A stretch of 64,000 nucleotides of DNA from an uncultured Chloroflexia bacterium (GTDB lineage: Bacteria > Chloroflexota > Chloroflexia > QHBQ01 > JADMIH01). Positions 38,677 through 47,113 of this stretch are shown here, one piece after another. The notes below the pieces were generated by a model. It worked only from the letters and a program-made list of their open reading frames with translations, was not told the DNA's origin and did no database searches. Position 1 is the stretch's first letter; every line of letters begins with the position of its first letter. The translations under genes were made by a program, and so were the position numbers. The stretch spans positions 96,001 to 160,000 of the forward strand of contig CAWCNY010000006.1 of the NCBI GenBank assembly GCA_963797095.1, written 5' to 3'.

Positions 38677-39171
38677 CTAAGCTACGTGCGGGATGTCGGG
38701 GGCTTTGAGGTAGTCGTATTTATAGGTGCTGTGGGCGACCTGGTGGCCGTCGAGGTAGGTCTCGCCAAATACGGCCCCACTGTTCGCCACATCGAGCGGG
38801 CGATAGAGGCCAACTGCTGTGCCTGGGGTATGCCCGCCAGACGTAGAGGGCCGCTCACCTTTTCTCGCCTGGCTTGCTTTGGGATTCGCGAGGGCGTAGC
38901 GGCTCTGGAGGCCATCTCTGGGGTCAATTGCTATCCTGAGAGTCTTGGCGACAACTGAGTCGGCAAGGCTACCGGTGGCTGCTGTGAGGAGGGTAATCGC
39001 TTCGTGCGAAGTTATCTCCACCAGGAATAGAGTGGTGGCTGACGTTGTGGATGAGACGAGGAAGCTTGCGGGCTGCACGCTGCTGCCAGCGACGTTGCCC
39101 GAAATCAGCAGCCCCACTACCATGAGGGTAGTCGCTATATTCGCTGTATGTATGCGTGCCTTACTCAACAT
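38677..39171 (-). CDS. Hypothetical secreted/membrane-anchored protein upstream of secA (candidate SecM-like monitor)
   Basis: 164-aa ORF with a basic then hydrophobic N-terminus (TTLMVVGLLISGNVAG). Consensus promoter directly upstream. Same strand as secA. Confidence 0.55.
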   Translation of the reverse strand: MLSKARIHTANIATTLMVVGLLISGNVAGSSVQPASFLVSSTTSATTLFLVEITSHEAITLLTAATGSLADSVVAKTLRIAIDPRDGLQSRYALANPKASQARKGERPSTSGGHTPGTAVGLYRPLDVANSGAVFGETYLDGHQVAHSTYKYDYLKAPDIPHVA

Positions 39172-39175
39172 CTAC

Positions 39176-39204
39176 ATCCTAAGCCAGATAACCCGTCCAG
39201 TCAA
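39176..39204 (-). promoter_or_regulatory. Sigma70-type promoter for the uORF-secA unit
   Basis: TTGACT-17 nt-TAGGAT on the minus strand, 4 nt before ATG 39171. Confidence 0.65.
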
Positions 39205-39241
39205 TAGTCTCTTATAGGAAGAGGGAAATAGTGGAGAAAGA

Positions 39242-39285
39242 TTGGGGACACCCCAAGCCCCGGCAGGGGTGCACCCCTGCACTCC
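39242..39285. repeat. REP-like family B copy
   Basis: TTGGGGACACCCCAAGCCCCGGCAGGGGTGCACCCCTGCACTCCC. Confidence 0.72.
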
Positions 39286-39300
39286 CTTTACCATTAAATC

Positions 39301-40371
39301 TTAGCCTTTGATCTCAAACCAGTTCGCCATGCCGAGGGCCTTCACTGCGCCTTCCATGGCTCGTGTGAAGTGGGCCTGGTCCACGGTCATCGCCGCGCTC
39401 TCGCCGTCCTTCGACCTCTGGACCTGCATGTTAGCAATCGGCGACTCTTCCAACTCGCTGTACAGCTTCTCGGCCAGGGGCTGAGCGTCGCGCAGGTTCG
39501 CTATCTCTTTGTTCGCCAGCATACCCGCGTACCGCTCATACGCTTCGGTGTTCAATAGCCGCAGGTTGGCTAGCTGCACCGCCAGGTAGGTGCGCCTCTG
39601 GTCCTCTTTCTCAGGAGCCATTATCTGGGCGGTCAGGGTGGCGAGCATTTCCATTACGCCTGTGCGGAACTGCGCGGGGTCGTTTCCTGCCGACTCCAGT
39701 AAGCCTACCAGCTTGTTCAGGTTGCGCTCCGACAGATAGCGGTTGAACATACTCTCGGACCCCGTGAGCATCTGCGCTATGTCGAGGCCCCACCTGCGCT
39801 GCGCGTCGTAAAGCACTTCGCTCAGGCTCTTGAGTCTCTGGATCATCCAGGCGTGGTCGCCCAGCGTCAATAAATACGAAAGCAAGGGCGCGATCGTTTC
39901 CTTGTCTCGCGAGCCCGATTTTACCGACAACTGAGGCAGCTTTTGCCCCAGGTGCGCCTCGAAGTGGAGCAGTTTGTGCAGGATCGTGCCGACCAGGGGC
40001 GCGGGGCCATCTTCTCCTGCGGAGCCCAATTCCGGGTTGTATTCTACCGTCACGCCTCGAGTGCCCGACTTTAGCTCTACCAGGGTGGTAGTGGAGGGTC
40101 GCAGGTAGACATTCTGGCCCCACGCGCCCGCCATTGTGAGCATCAGGCGGTTGAACTCGTCGTGTACTTGAGGAGGAAGGGCCTTGTTGCCGGCTCCTAC
40201 TCTTGAGAGGAGGAAACGGAGTGTATCGACGCCGATCCTGCAATAGCGGCAAGGTTCGGTTTGATGCCGCGTGCTGTCGAGCGTGATCCACCCCGGACAT
40301 TGGGGGGTGGGACACTTGACCACTTTGGGCGTCTGCAAATAAAGGGATTGCTCCACGTCAGTTGTGGGCAT
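39301..40371 (-). CDS. Hypothetical protein with N-terminal Cys4 zinc-ribbon-like motif
   Basis: C-x4-C...C-x2-C, HKLLH motif, helical C-terminus, good coding pattern. Start at ATG 40371 (or 40389). Confidence 0.7.
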   Translation of the reverse strand: MPTTDVEQSLYLQTPKVVKCPTPQCPGWITLDSTRHQTEPCRYCRIGVDTLRFLLSRVGAGNKALPPQVHDEFNRLMLTMAGAWGQNVYLRPSTTTLVELKSGTRGVTVEYNPELGSAGEDGPAPLVGTILHKLLHFEAHLGQKLPQLSVKSGSRDKETIAPLLSYLLTLGDHAWMIQRLKSLSEVLYDAQRRWGLDIAQMLTGSESMFNRYLSERNLNKLVGLLESAGNDPAQFRTGVMEMLATLTAQIMAPEKEDQRRTYLAVQLANLRLLNTEAYERYAGMLANKEIANLRDAQPLAEKLYSELEESPIANMQVQRSKDGESAAMTVDQAHFTRAMEGAVKALGMANWFEIKG

Positions 40372-40643
40372 AGAGACACTTTTCTCCATCGGAAGATTAA
40401 GGATGCTACATACTAATTGTACCGTAAACCACCCCTCTCTGCCAGTTGCGGCGGCACCCAGGCGGATAGCTGGCCGGCTGTGCGGGCGTACCCTGTTGGT
40501 GGTGATTATTCTTGCCCTCATATATTATAAGGCAAAGATAGGGCAAAACGGGACAGGTTTTGGGGTGTACTTTCGGGTGGTTTTTATTAGTGCGGGGTGC
40601 GGGGTGCGGGGTTCGGTTGTGGTGTTGAGAGTGAGTGAATGTT

Positions 40644-40729
40644 CCTACGCCCCTACGGGGCTATGGCATTATCTTGGGCTTGCCACAGGGCGTAAGCCCT
40701 GGGCTACTCTCTTGCGTCCCTACGGGACT
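40644..40729. repeat. REP-like family C copy
   Basis: GGGGCTATGGCATTATCTTGGGCTT.CCACAGGGC.TA.GCCCTGGGCTACTCT...GTCCCT.C.GGACT, shared with 61855-61936. Confidence 0.8.
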
Positions 40730-41036
40730 TGGCTTGGTTGGGTGATAGTGCGGCAGGTGGGATGAAAAGTCAGATAGAGCCTTAGGAAACGACGCCTATC
40801 TAAGCTCTTGCCATTCTGAATGAAGTGCAGAACCTGGGATCCTGACCTGGATCAATGCCTGGCATTTTAGATCCTTCGATTCGTTCAGAATAACACATCC
40901 AATCTTAGTGATACATCCAATCTTGGTGTGCCGATCATTCAGAATGACATATCCAAACCTGGTGTGCCTGATACCGACTTTGGATCAACCCGTGATAGTG
41001 CGCGTGTAAACGTTCGGATTGGAGGTAAGAAGAAGA

Positions 41037-41115
41037 GTAGGGGCACCCTTTATGGGTGCTCTGATGGGGAGAGTTCGAGGCATGCAAACAGGGCACCCAC
41101 CAGGGGTGCCCCTAC
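41037..41115. repeat. GTAG-type inverted REP pair (REPIN-like)
   Basis: GTAGGGGCACCCTTTATGGGTGCTCT ... AGGGCACCCACCAGGGGTGCCCCTAC. Confidence 0.75.
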
Positions 41116-41235
41116 TCCGGTGTCTTCTCTATCCTAATTCTGAGAGTTCACGTGCGCGTCAAAGTTAGACGAAAACCCTCAAACGATGATACAATGGCAC
41201 TGATACACAATTTTTATATCGTCGGATAAGAACCT

Positions 41236-42807
41236 ATGGATCACGGTCTCGCGACTGAAGGTGTCGCCACTGTTGTGTTCCTCTTGAGCACTACTATGGT
41301 GGTGGCCGTTGCCTCCAAATATTTACGAATCCCATATACTATAGCTCTCACGATTGCGGGCCTTCTGATCGCGCTCGCCAATATCAACCTGACCATCGAC
41401 CTCACCCCCGACCTGATACTTTTCATATTCCTGCCCGCACTCCTTTTCGAGTCGTCTTACAACCTCCCGTTCTCCGAGGTTCGCGACAACCTGCGTCCTA
41501 TTACCCTCCTCGCTATCCCAGGCGTTATTCTCACCGCCGCTGCTGTTGCAGTTGGCCTGCATTATATCGCGGGGCTGGGCTGGGATACCTCATTTCTGTT
41601 CGGCGCGATTATGTCGGCCACCGATCCGGTGTCTGTGCTCGCTATTTTCCGCCGCATAGGTGCGCCTCGCCGCCTTTCGGTCATTCTTGAAGGCGAAAGC
41701 CTCTTCAATGACGGAACCTCCATTGTAGTGTTCCGTATCGTGCTGAGCATTGTGATAGCCCACACTCTGGGGAACCTGGCGTTGAGCATCGAGCAATTTT
41801 TCGTGGTGGTCCTTGGCGCGCTGGCGCTGGGCGCTATCGTGGCCTATGTGGTATCGGCTATTCTTTCGCGAGTGAATGACTACCTGGTCGAAAGCACAGT
41901 CACTCTGATTGTGGCATACGGGACTTATCTCCTTGCCGAAGAAGTGGGCGTATCGGGTGTAATCGCCGTGGTGGTGGCGGCCCTGGTGCTGGGCAACTAC
42001 GGTCGCAAAGCGATGTCACCGACCACCCGCGAGGCCGTGTCTTCCACCTGGGAGCTGTTCGGCTTCCTCGCCAACTCGCTGATTTTCCTGTTGCTTGGAC
42101 TTGAGCTAGATGCAGCCAAACTCTGGCAGTACATCATCCCCACGCTCATAGCGATAGCGATCGTGCTCTTTGTGCGCTTCGTGGTTGTGGCCCTATCAAG
42201 CGGGATCTTGCGCTATATCCACAGGCCACTCCCCTACAGGTGGCAGGCCATACTGGTGTGGGGCGGGCTTCGCGGCTCTCTCGCGCTTGCCCTTGCCCTC
42301 AGCGTGCCGGTTTTCATTGACGGTCCTACGCTTTTCCCCAACCGGGATCTCATCCTTGCAATGACCTTTGGTGTTATTATCTTCTCCCTGGTTGTTCAGG
42401 GTTTGACAATAGAGCCGCTCCTGAGAAGGCTTAACCTCATAGGGAGGCAGGCTACCCAGGACGAGTATGAGATACTGGCCGCGCGCAAAGGGATGTTGCT
42501 TGCTGCTATAAACGAGATCGAGCGCATGGGGCGGGCCGGTGGGATCTCCCAGGATGCCATGCAAAGGCTCAAAGACGAGTACAACGACCGCCTGTCCGAG
42601 CTTGACACGGCCCTGGAAGACCTCCACCTGGCCGATGAGGACCTCAGCGAGTCGCAAATTCGCTCTATCAGGCGCAGGCTATTGCAGCTACAGAAAAGCA
42701 TCGTGCGCCAGCGCAACCTTGAGGGCGCGATCTCTGAAGAGCCGATGCGCCGCATAATGGCGGAGCTGGACCACCAACTCCACTCGCTCAACGAAGTCGA
42801 GACCTGA
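41236..42807 (+). CDS. Na+/H+ antiporter, CPA1 family
   Basis: FLPALLFES, ATDPVSV, LEGESLFNDG, WGGLRGSLALAL, VQGLT. Confidence 0.95.
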   Translation: MDHGLATEGVATVVFLLSTTMVVAVASKYLRIPYTIALTIAGLLIALANINLTIDLTPDLILFIFLPALLFESSYNLPFSEVRDNLRPITLLAIPGVILTAAAVAVGLHYIAGLGWDTSFLFGAIMSATDPVSVLAIFRRIGAPRRLSVILEGESLFNDGTSIVVFRIVLSIVIAHTLGNLALSIEQFFVVVLGALALGAIVAYVVSAILSRVNDYLVESTVTLIVAYGTYLLAEEVGVSGVIAVVVAALVLGNYGRKAMSPTTREAVSSTWELFGFLANSLIFLLLGLELDAAKLWQYIIPTLIAIAIVLFVRFVVVALSSGILRYIHRPLPYRWQAILVWGGLRGSLALALALSVPVFIDGPTLFPNRDLILAMTFGVIIFSLVVQGLTIEPLLRRLNLIGRQATQDEYEILAARKGMLLAAINEIERMGRAGGISQDAMQRLKDEYNDRLSELDTALEDLHLADEDLSESQIRSIRRRLLQLQKSIVRQRNLEGAISEEPMRRIMAELDHQLHSLNEVET

Positions 42808-43045
42808 TCGGTAAGACCGGGAAATCAAATCAAGGGTTGCGGCGTAATCCCCTGCGTTTCTACGCCCTCACAGTTGCTTATCGCCCTGTCTGTTGACTAT
42901 AATAAGATGTCACGCCTTCAGGCGGAGCGCCAGGCGTGGCCTTTTTGTCTACGTATCAAAACGAAACTTGACGCCGGCACCGCGGCCTGCCCTTTATCCC
43001 ATAGGAAAATCCCATCCTCGAACGCGTACTTAGGAGATACCTGTA

Positions 43046-44452
43046 ATGGAAAGAGGCTCAGGGTCTAGAACCCTCCAATTAATCTTGCTCATCCTGGTGG
43101 TTGCCCTCGTCGGTTATGGCGCGGGTTTCGCCACACCCTACATCACCGGTCAAGCCTCGCTTCCCACTCTGGGCCTGGGTGGCGATAACACCCAGAGCAA
43201 CGGCGGCGCTCTGCCGGAACCGACCCTGCCCGCCGCCGATGCCGACATCAGCAAGCAGTTCGACTCATTCTGGCAGACCTTCCAGGCTATCAACGACGAC
43301 TATTATTATCAGCCCATCGACCGCCAGAAGCTCATCTACGGAGCAGCCCAGGGCATGGTCTCTTCGCTGGGTGATGACTTCTCCAGCTTCCTCACCCCCG
43401 ACGTAAACGCCGTCGTCAAAAGCTCCTTTGAAGGCAACTTCGAAGGCGTTGGCATGTATATCGAGCGGCGCAACAACCTTCCAACCGTGGTAGCTCCCAT
43501 CCCCAACACACCTGCCGAACGGGCCGGGGTGCGCGCGAAGGATGTTATCCTCGCGGTTGACGGTCGCGATGTCACCCAAATGACGCCCGATCAGGTCGCC
43601 ACGCTTGTGCGCGGTCCAGCAGGCACGACAGTTCGCATCAAGTTCCTCCACGAAGGCGAAGACCAACCGTTTGAGGTGGAGCTTACCCGCGCGCGGATAG
43701 AAGTACCCTCGGTCACTTACAAGAAGGAGGGCGATTACGGCTGGCTCCAGGTGTCGGTCTTCAATGACAAGACCACTCCTGAACTTGATGACGCTCTCAA
43801 CCAGGCCAAGGCCGACGGTGACAAGGGGATCATACTCGACCTGCGCAACAATGGTGGGGGCCTCGTGACCTCTGCCCTCGAAATGCTGGGACGCTTCCTG
43901 CCAGATGATACTATCGCGTTCTACGAGTCGCACAAGGTCGACGGCTCAGATGATCGCCCGCAGCGCGTTATCTCCAACGGCCCCAAGTTTACGGGTATAC
44001 CGCTGGTGGTGCTCGTCAATGGCGGCAGCGCTTCGGCTTCCGAGCTTACATCCGGCGCGCTACAGGACTATAAGCGCGCGGTGCTCATTGGTGAGCAGAC
44101 CTTCGGTAAAGGCTCAGAGCAGCACGTGTATGACTGGGACGACGGCTCGGAAGCTCGTATTACGTTCGCGCACTGGCTTACGCCAGACAAGCGTGACATC
44201 AACCCCAAGCGCACACCGACCCCCGGCCCGAACGATACTCCAGCGCCGGAGCCTACATTCACCCCTACTCCTATCTCTACTGTTCCACCTGCCGGAGCCA
44301 CCGCCACCGCCGAAGCCGCGCCACTGGTCCCCAGCCAGCCGGATCGTGGTCTTACCCCTGATATAATCGTGGTTCGCACCGTCCAGGACTACCAGGAGGA
44401 CAAGGACCCGCAACTTGACCGGGCCATCAAGTACCTTACTAACGGCAAATAA
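43046..44452 (+). CDS. S41-family carboxyl-terminal processing protease (CtpA-like, PDZ)
   Basis: N-terminal anchor, PDZ (FEGVG), LDLRNNGGG, SASASE (catalytic Ser), TFGKG (Lys), DPQL. Confidence 0.93.
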   Translation: MERGSGSRTLQLILLILVVALVGYGAGFATPYITGQASLPTLGLGGDNTQSNGGALPEPTLPAADADISKQFDSFWQTFQAINDDYYYQPIDRQKLIYGAAQGMVSSLGDDFSSFLTPDVNAVVKSSFEGNFEGVGMYIERRNNLPTVVAPIPNTPAERAGVRAKDVILAVDGRDVTQMTPDQVATLVRGPAGTTVRIKFLHEGEDQPFEVELTRARIEVPSVTYKKEGDYGWLQVSVFNDKTTPELDDALNQAKADGDKGIILDLRNNGGGLVTSALEMLGRFLPDDTIAFYESHKVDGSDDRPQRVISNGPKFTGIPLVVLVNGGSASASELTSGALQDYKRAVLIGEQTFGKGSEQHVYDWDDGSEARITFAHWLTPDKRDINPKRTPTPGPNDTPAPEPTFTPTPISTVPPAGATATAEAAPLVPSQPDRGLTPDIIVVRTVQDYQEDKDPQLDRAIKYLTNGK

Positions 44453-44466
44453 GGGTGATGAGGGAC

Positions 44467-44517
44467 ATTCTAAAATAGAGAAATGGCGGCTAAGCCGCCA
44501 TTTCTCTATTTTAGAAT
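44467..44517. terminator. Perfect 24-bp-arm inverted repeat between convergent genes (family A element)
   Basis: ATTCTAAAATAGAGAAATGGCGGC-TAA-GCCGCCATTTCTCTATTTTAGAAT. Confidence 0.8.
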
Positions 44518-44599
44518 CAGACTAGATGCCTGCGAAGCTGAGATCTAAAATTCGGGATGTTTCATGTTTTAGGAACAGGTTGTGCATCATCCGGGGTTT

Positions 44600-45679
44600 C
44601 TACGAGTCTTCGGCCCTGGTTCCATCTTCCATTGACACCCCTAGCGAGAGGAACTCGTCGGTAGGTTCACGCGTTAGAAGCGCGGCCAGCCCTTCTAGCG
44701 CGGGCTTGCCCTCGAACAGCACCTGGTACAACTGCTCAGTGATCGGCATCTCTACGTTGTGCCTGGCCGCGAACTCGCGCGCGGCCCTGGTAGTTGTCAC
44801 CCCCTCGGCGACCTGCCCGCGCATTATGATGTGCGCTTCGTCCATCGTTTTCCCCTGGGCCAGCAACTCTCCCAGAGTTCGGTTCCTTGAGAGGGGCGAG
44901 GAGCAGGTTGCTATCAAATCGCCCAGACCTGCCAACCCAGCGAATGTAAATAGAGAGGCCCCGGCAGCCATACCGAGTCGCCCGATCTCGACCAGGCCCC
45001 TGGTGGTCAACGCGGCCTTGGCCGAGTCGCCTGCGGTCATACCGTCGGCCATACCTGCCGCCACCGCGATGATATTCTTCAAGGCTCCGCCCAGTTCCAC
45101 ACCGATCACGTCGGGGTTGGTGTATACTCTGAAGCGCCCGCCCGTTAGCAGTTCCTGGGCTCTCTGAGCGGTTTCCAGGTTTGCCGCGCCGATCACGGTG
45201 GTCGCGGGCTTGCCCGCTACGATCTCCTTCGCCAGGTTCGGCCCCGACAGCGCTGCCAACCTATCCTCCCATTCAGCGCCTAATTCTTCGCCCAAAACCT
45301 CTGTCATCCGCTGCAATGTGCCAAGCTCCAGCCCCTTCGCCGCGCTTACCACAATTGCGCCTGGCCTGGCGCTACTAAGGTAAGGTTTGAGCGCACGCAT
45401 GTTTGCCCTCATAGTCTGCGCGGGCACCACCATCAGCAGCATATCGCACCCGTTGAGGGCTTCTTCGGCATCGGCGGTGGGTGTGAGGGTCGGTGGGAAA
45501 GCGTAGCCGCGCATGAACCGCTCGTTCTCCCCGGCAGACCGCAGGAGCTCGGCCTCCTCCTCTGTTCGCGCCAACAGGCTTGTTTCCAGGCCCTGCCTCG
45601 CCGATAGAATAGCCAGGGTGGTACCCCAACTGCCCGTTCCTACTACGGCCACGCGCCCTCGCGAACTGCTCCGCTGCAT
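44600..45679 (-). CDS. gpsA: NAD(P)H-dependent glycerol-3-phosphate dehydrogenase
   Basis: GTGSWGT, AKGLE, LSGPNLA, GGALKNIIA, GDLIATC.S.LSRNR. GGAGG RBS before ATG 45679. Confidence 0.96.
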   Translation of the reverse strand: MQRSSSRGRVAVVGTGSWGTTLAILSARQGLETSLLARTEEEAELLRSAGENERFMRGYAFPPTLTPTADAEEALNGCDMLLMVVPAQTMRANMRALKPYLSSARPGAIVVSAAKGLELGTLQRMTEVLGEELGAEWEDRLAALSGPNLAKEIVAGKPATTVIGAANLETAQRAQELLTGGRFRVYTNPDVIGVELGGALKNIIAVAAGMADGMTAGDSAKAALTTRGLVEIGRLGMAAGASLFTFAGLAGLGDLIATCSSPLSRNRTLGELLAQGKTMDEAHIIMRGQVAEGVTTTRAAREFAARHNVEMPITEQLYQVLFEGKPALEGLAALLTREPTDEFLSLGVSMEDGTRAEDS

Positions 45680-45867
45680 ATTGCCTCCGTGCAAAGTGTG
45701 TGATGCTGCTCAATCGTCCTGTTTACAATCCATGATTATAGCATAGGGCCGCCCGGCGCTTGCTCTCCATCTTGCAAAGCCATATACTCTCCCTATGCTT
45801 TCCAAAGCCCTTTTCGGGTATGGCCCCATTGTCTTTATTCCCTATGACCCTCAGGTGAATTGATACC

Positions 45868-47031
45868 ATGACTTATCTCACGCATCTCCGGTGTGCAGAT
45901 TGCGACCTGACGTATTCTCCCGATAACGAACGGCACCTTTGCTCTTGTGGCGGCATCTTGCTTGCTTCCTACGACCTTGAGCGTATGCGGAGCGAAGTGC
46001 CTCGCTCTCGAATAAAGTCGCGCCCCTGGTATGACGGGCTGTGGCGCTACTTCGAGCTTCTTCCGGTGCAGGACCCTGCGAATCGCGTGTCACTGGGTGA
46101 AGGTGCTACCCCTCTGCTGCCCATTGAATGGCTCTCGTCTGAGTTGGGCCTCGATCTCCTTCTCAAAGATGAAGGGTTGAACCCAACGGGTACATTCAAA
46201 GCGCGTGGGGCGGCGCTTGGTGTGTCGCGTGCAAAGGAACTGGGAGCGCGCACCATCGCGCTTCCCACAGCCGGGAACGCCGGGGCGGCGTGGTCGGCCT
46301 ATGGAGCGCGTGCGGGTATTCCTGTCGTGGTAGCGATGCCTAAAGACGCGCCTTCTCTCACCCAGCAGGAGGTGGTTACATACGGTGCTCGTCTCCATCT
46401 CGTGGATGGTCTCATCAGCGACGCGGGAAAGTGGATCGCCGAGGGCGTGGCGCGCGAGGGGTGGTATGATGCCTCGACGTTCAAAGAGCCTTATCGCCTG
46501 GAAGGGAAGAAGACGCTGGGCCTGGAAATCGCCGAGCAGTCGGGATGGAGCGCGCCCGATGCTATTCTTTACCCGACGGGCGGTGGGGTTGGCTTGCTGG
46601 GTCTGTGGAAAGCGTTCAATGAACTGCGTGCCCTGGGGTGGCTCTCCGACGATAGACCGCTGCCCCGGCTGGTAGCTGTGCAATCGACGGGTTGCGCTCC
46701 GGTGGTGCAGGCATGGGAATCGGGCGCTGATCATACCGAGTTCTGGAAGGGGGCGCAAACGCTTGCTGCGGGTCTGCGGGTTCCCGGCCCGCTCTCCGGC
46801 TCTCTGATGCTGCGCGCCCTGCGGGAGACAGGTGGGATCGCCCTCTCGGTTACGGATGATGAGATCAGGTCCGCGATGGGTGAACTGGCTCGAATGGGCT
46901 TCTGGGTTTGCCCGGAAGGTGCGGCCCTGCTGCCAGCCGTGCGCCGCCTCCGCGCCGAAGGCTGGCTCAGTGAAGGCGAGCGCGTGGTGCTGCTGAATAC
47001 GGGGACGGGGTTGATATATCCTGACGAGTGA
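45868..47031 (+). CDS. thrC: Threonine synthase (fold-type II PLP enzyme)
   Basis: N-terminal CxxC..CxC, SLGEGATP, NPTGTFKARG (PLP Lys), EGKKT, PTGGG. Confidence 0.82.
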   Translation: MTYLTHLRCADCDLTYSPDNERHLCSCGGILLASYDLERMRSEVPRSRIKSRPWYDGLWRYFELLPVQDPANRVSLGEGATPLLPIEWLSSELGLDLLLKDEGLNPTGTFKARGAALGVSRAKELGARTIALPTAGNAGAAWSAYGARAGIPVVVAMPKDAPSLTQQEVVTYGARLHLVDGLISDAGKWIAEGVAREGWYDASTFKEPYRLEGKKTLGLEIAEQSGWSAPDAILYPTGGGVGLLGLWKAFNELRALGWLSDDRPLPRLVAVQSTGCAPVVQAWESGADHTEFWKGAQTLAAGLRVPGPLSGSLMLRALRETGGIALSVTDDEIRSAMGELARMGFWVCPEGAALLPAVRRLRAEGWLSEGERVVLLNTGTGLIYPDE

Positions 47032-47100
47032 CGAGTGGCGAGTGACGAGTGACGAGTGGCGAGTGGCGAGTGATTGAATGCGCAGTACGCAGTACGCAAT
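47023..47100. repeat. Heptamer tandem repeats (GAGTGRC x~6; GCAGTAC x2-3)
   Basis: Seen directly between thrC and lysA, starting across the thrC stop. Confidence 0.88.
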
Positions 47101-47113
47101 AGAAGGACTTCTT

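Noticed and set aside
40372-40521. Longer start for the 39301 ORF at ATG 40521
   Set aside because: That ATG is only 2 nt after a TATAAT box, so it probably lies upstream of the TSS. ATG 40371 has a GGAG upstream.
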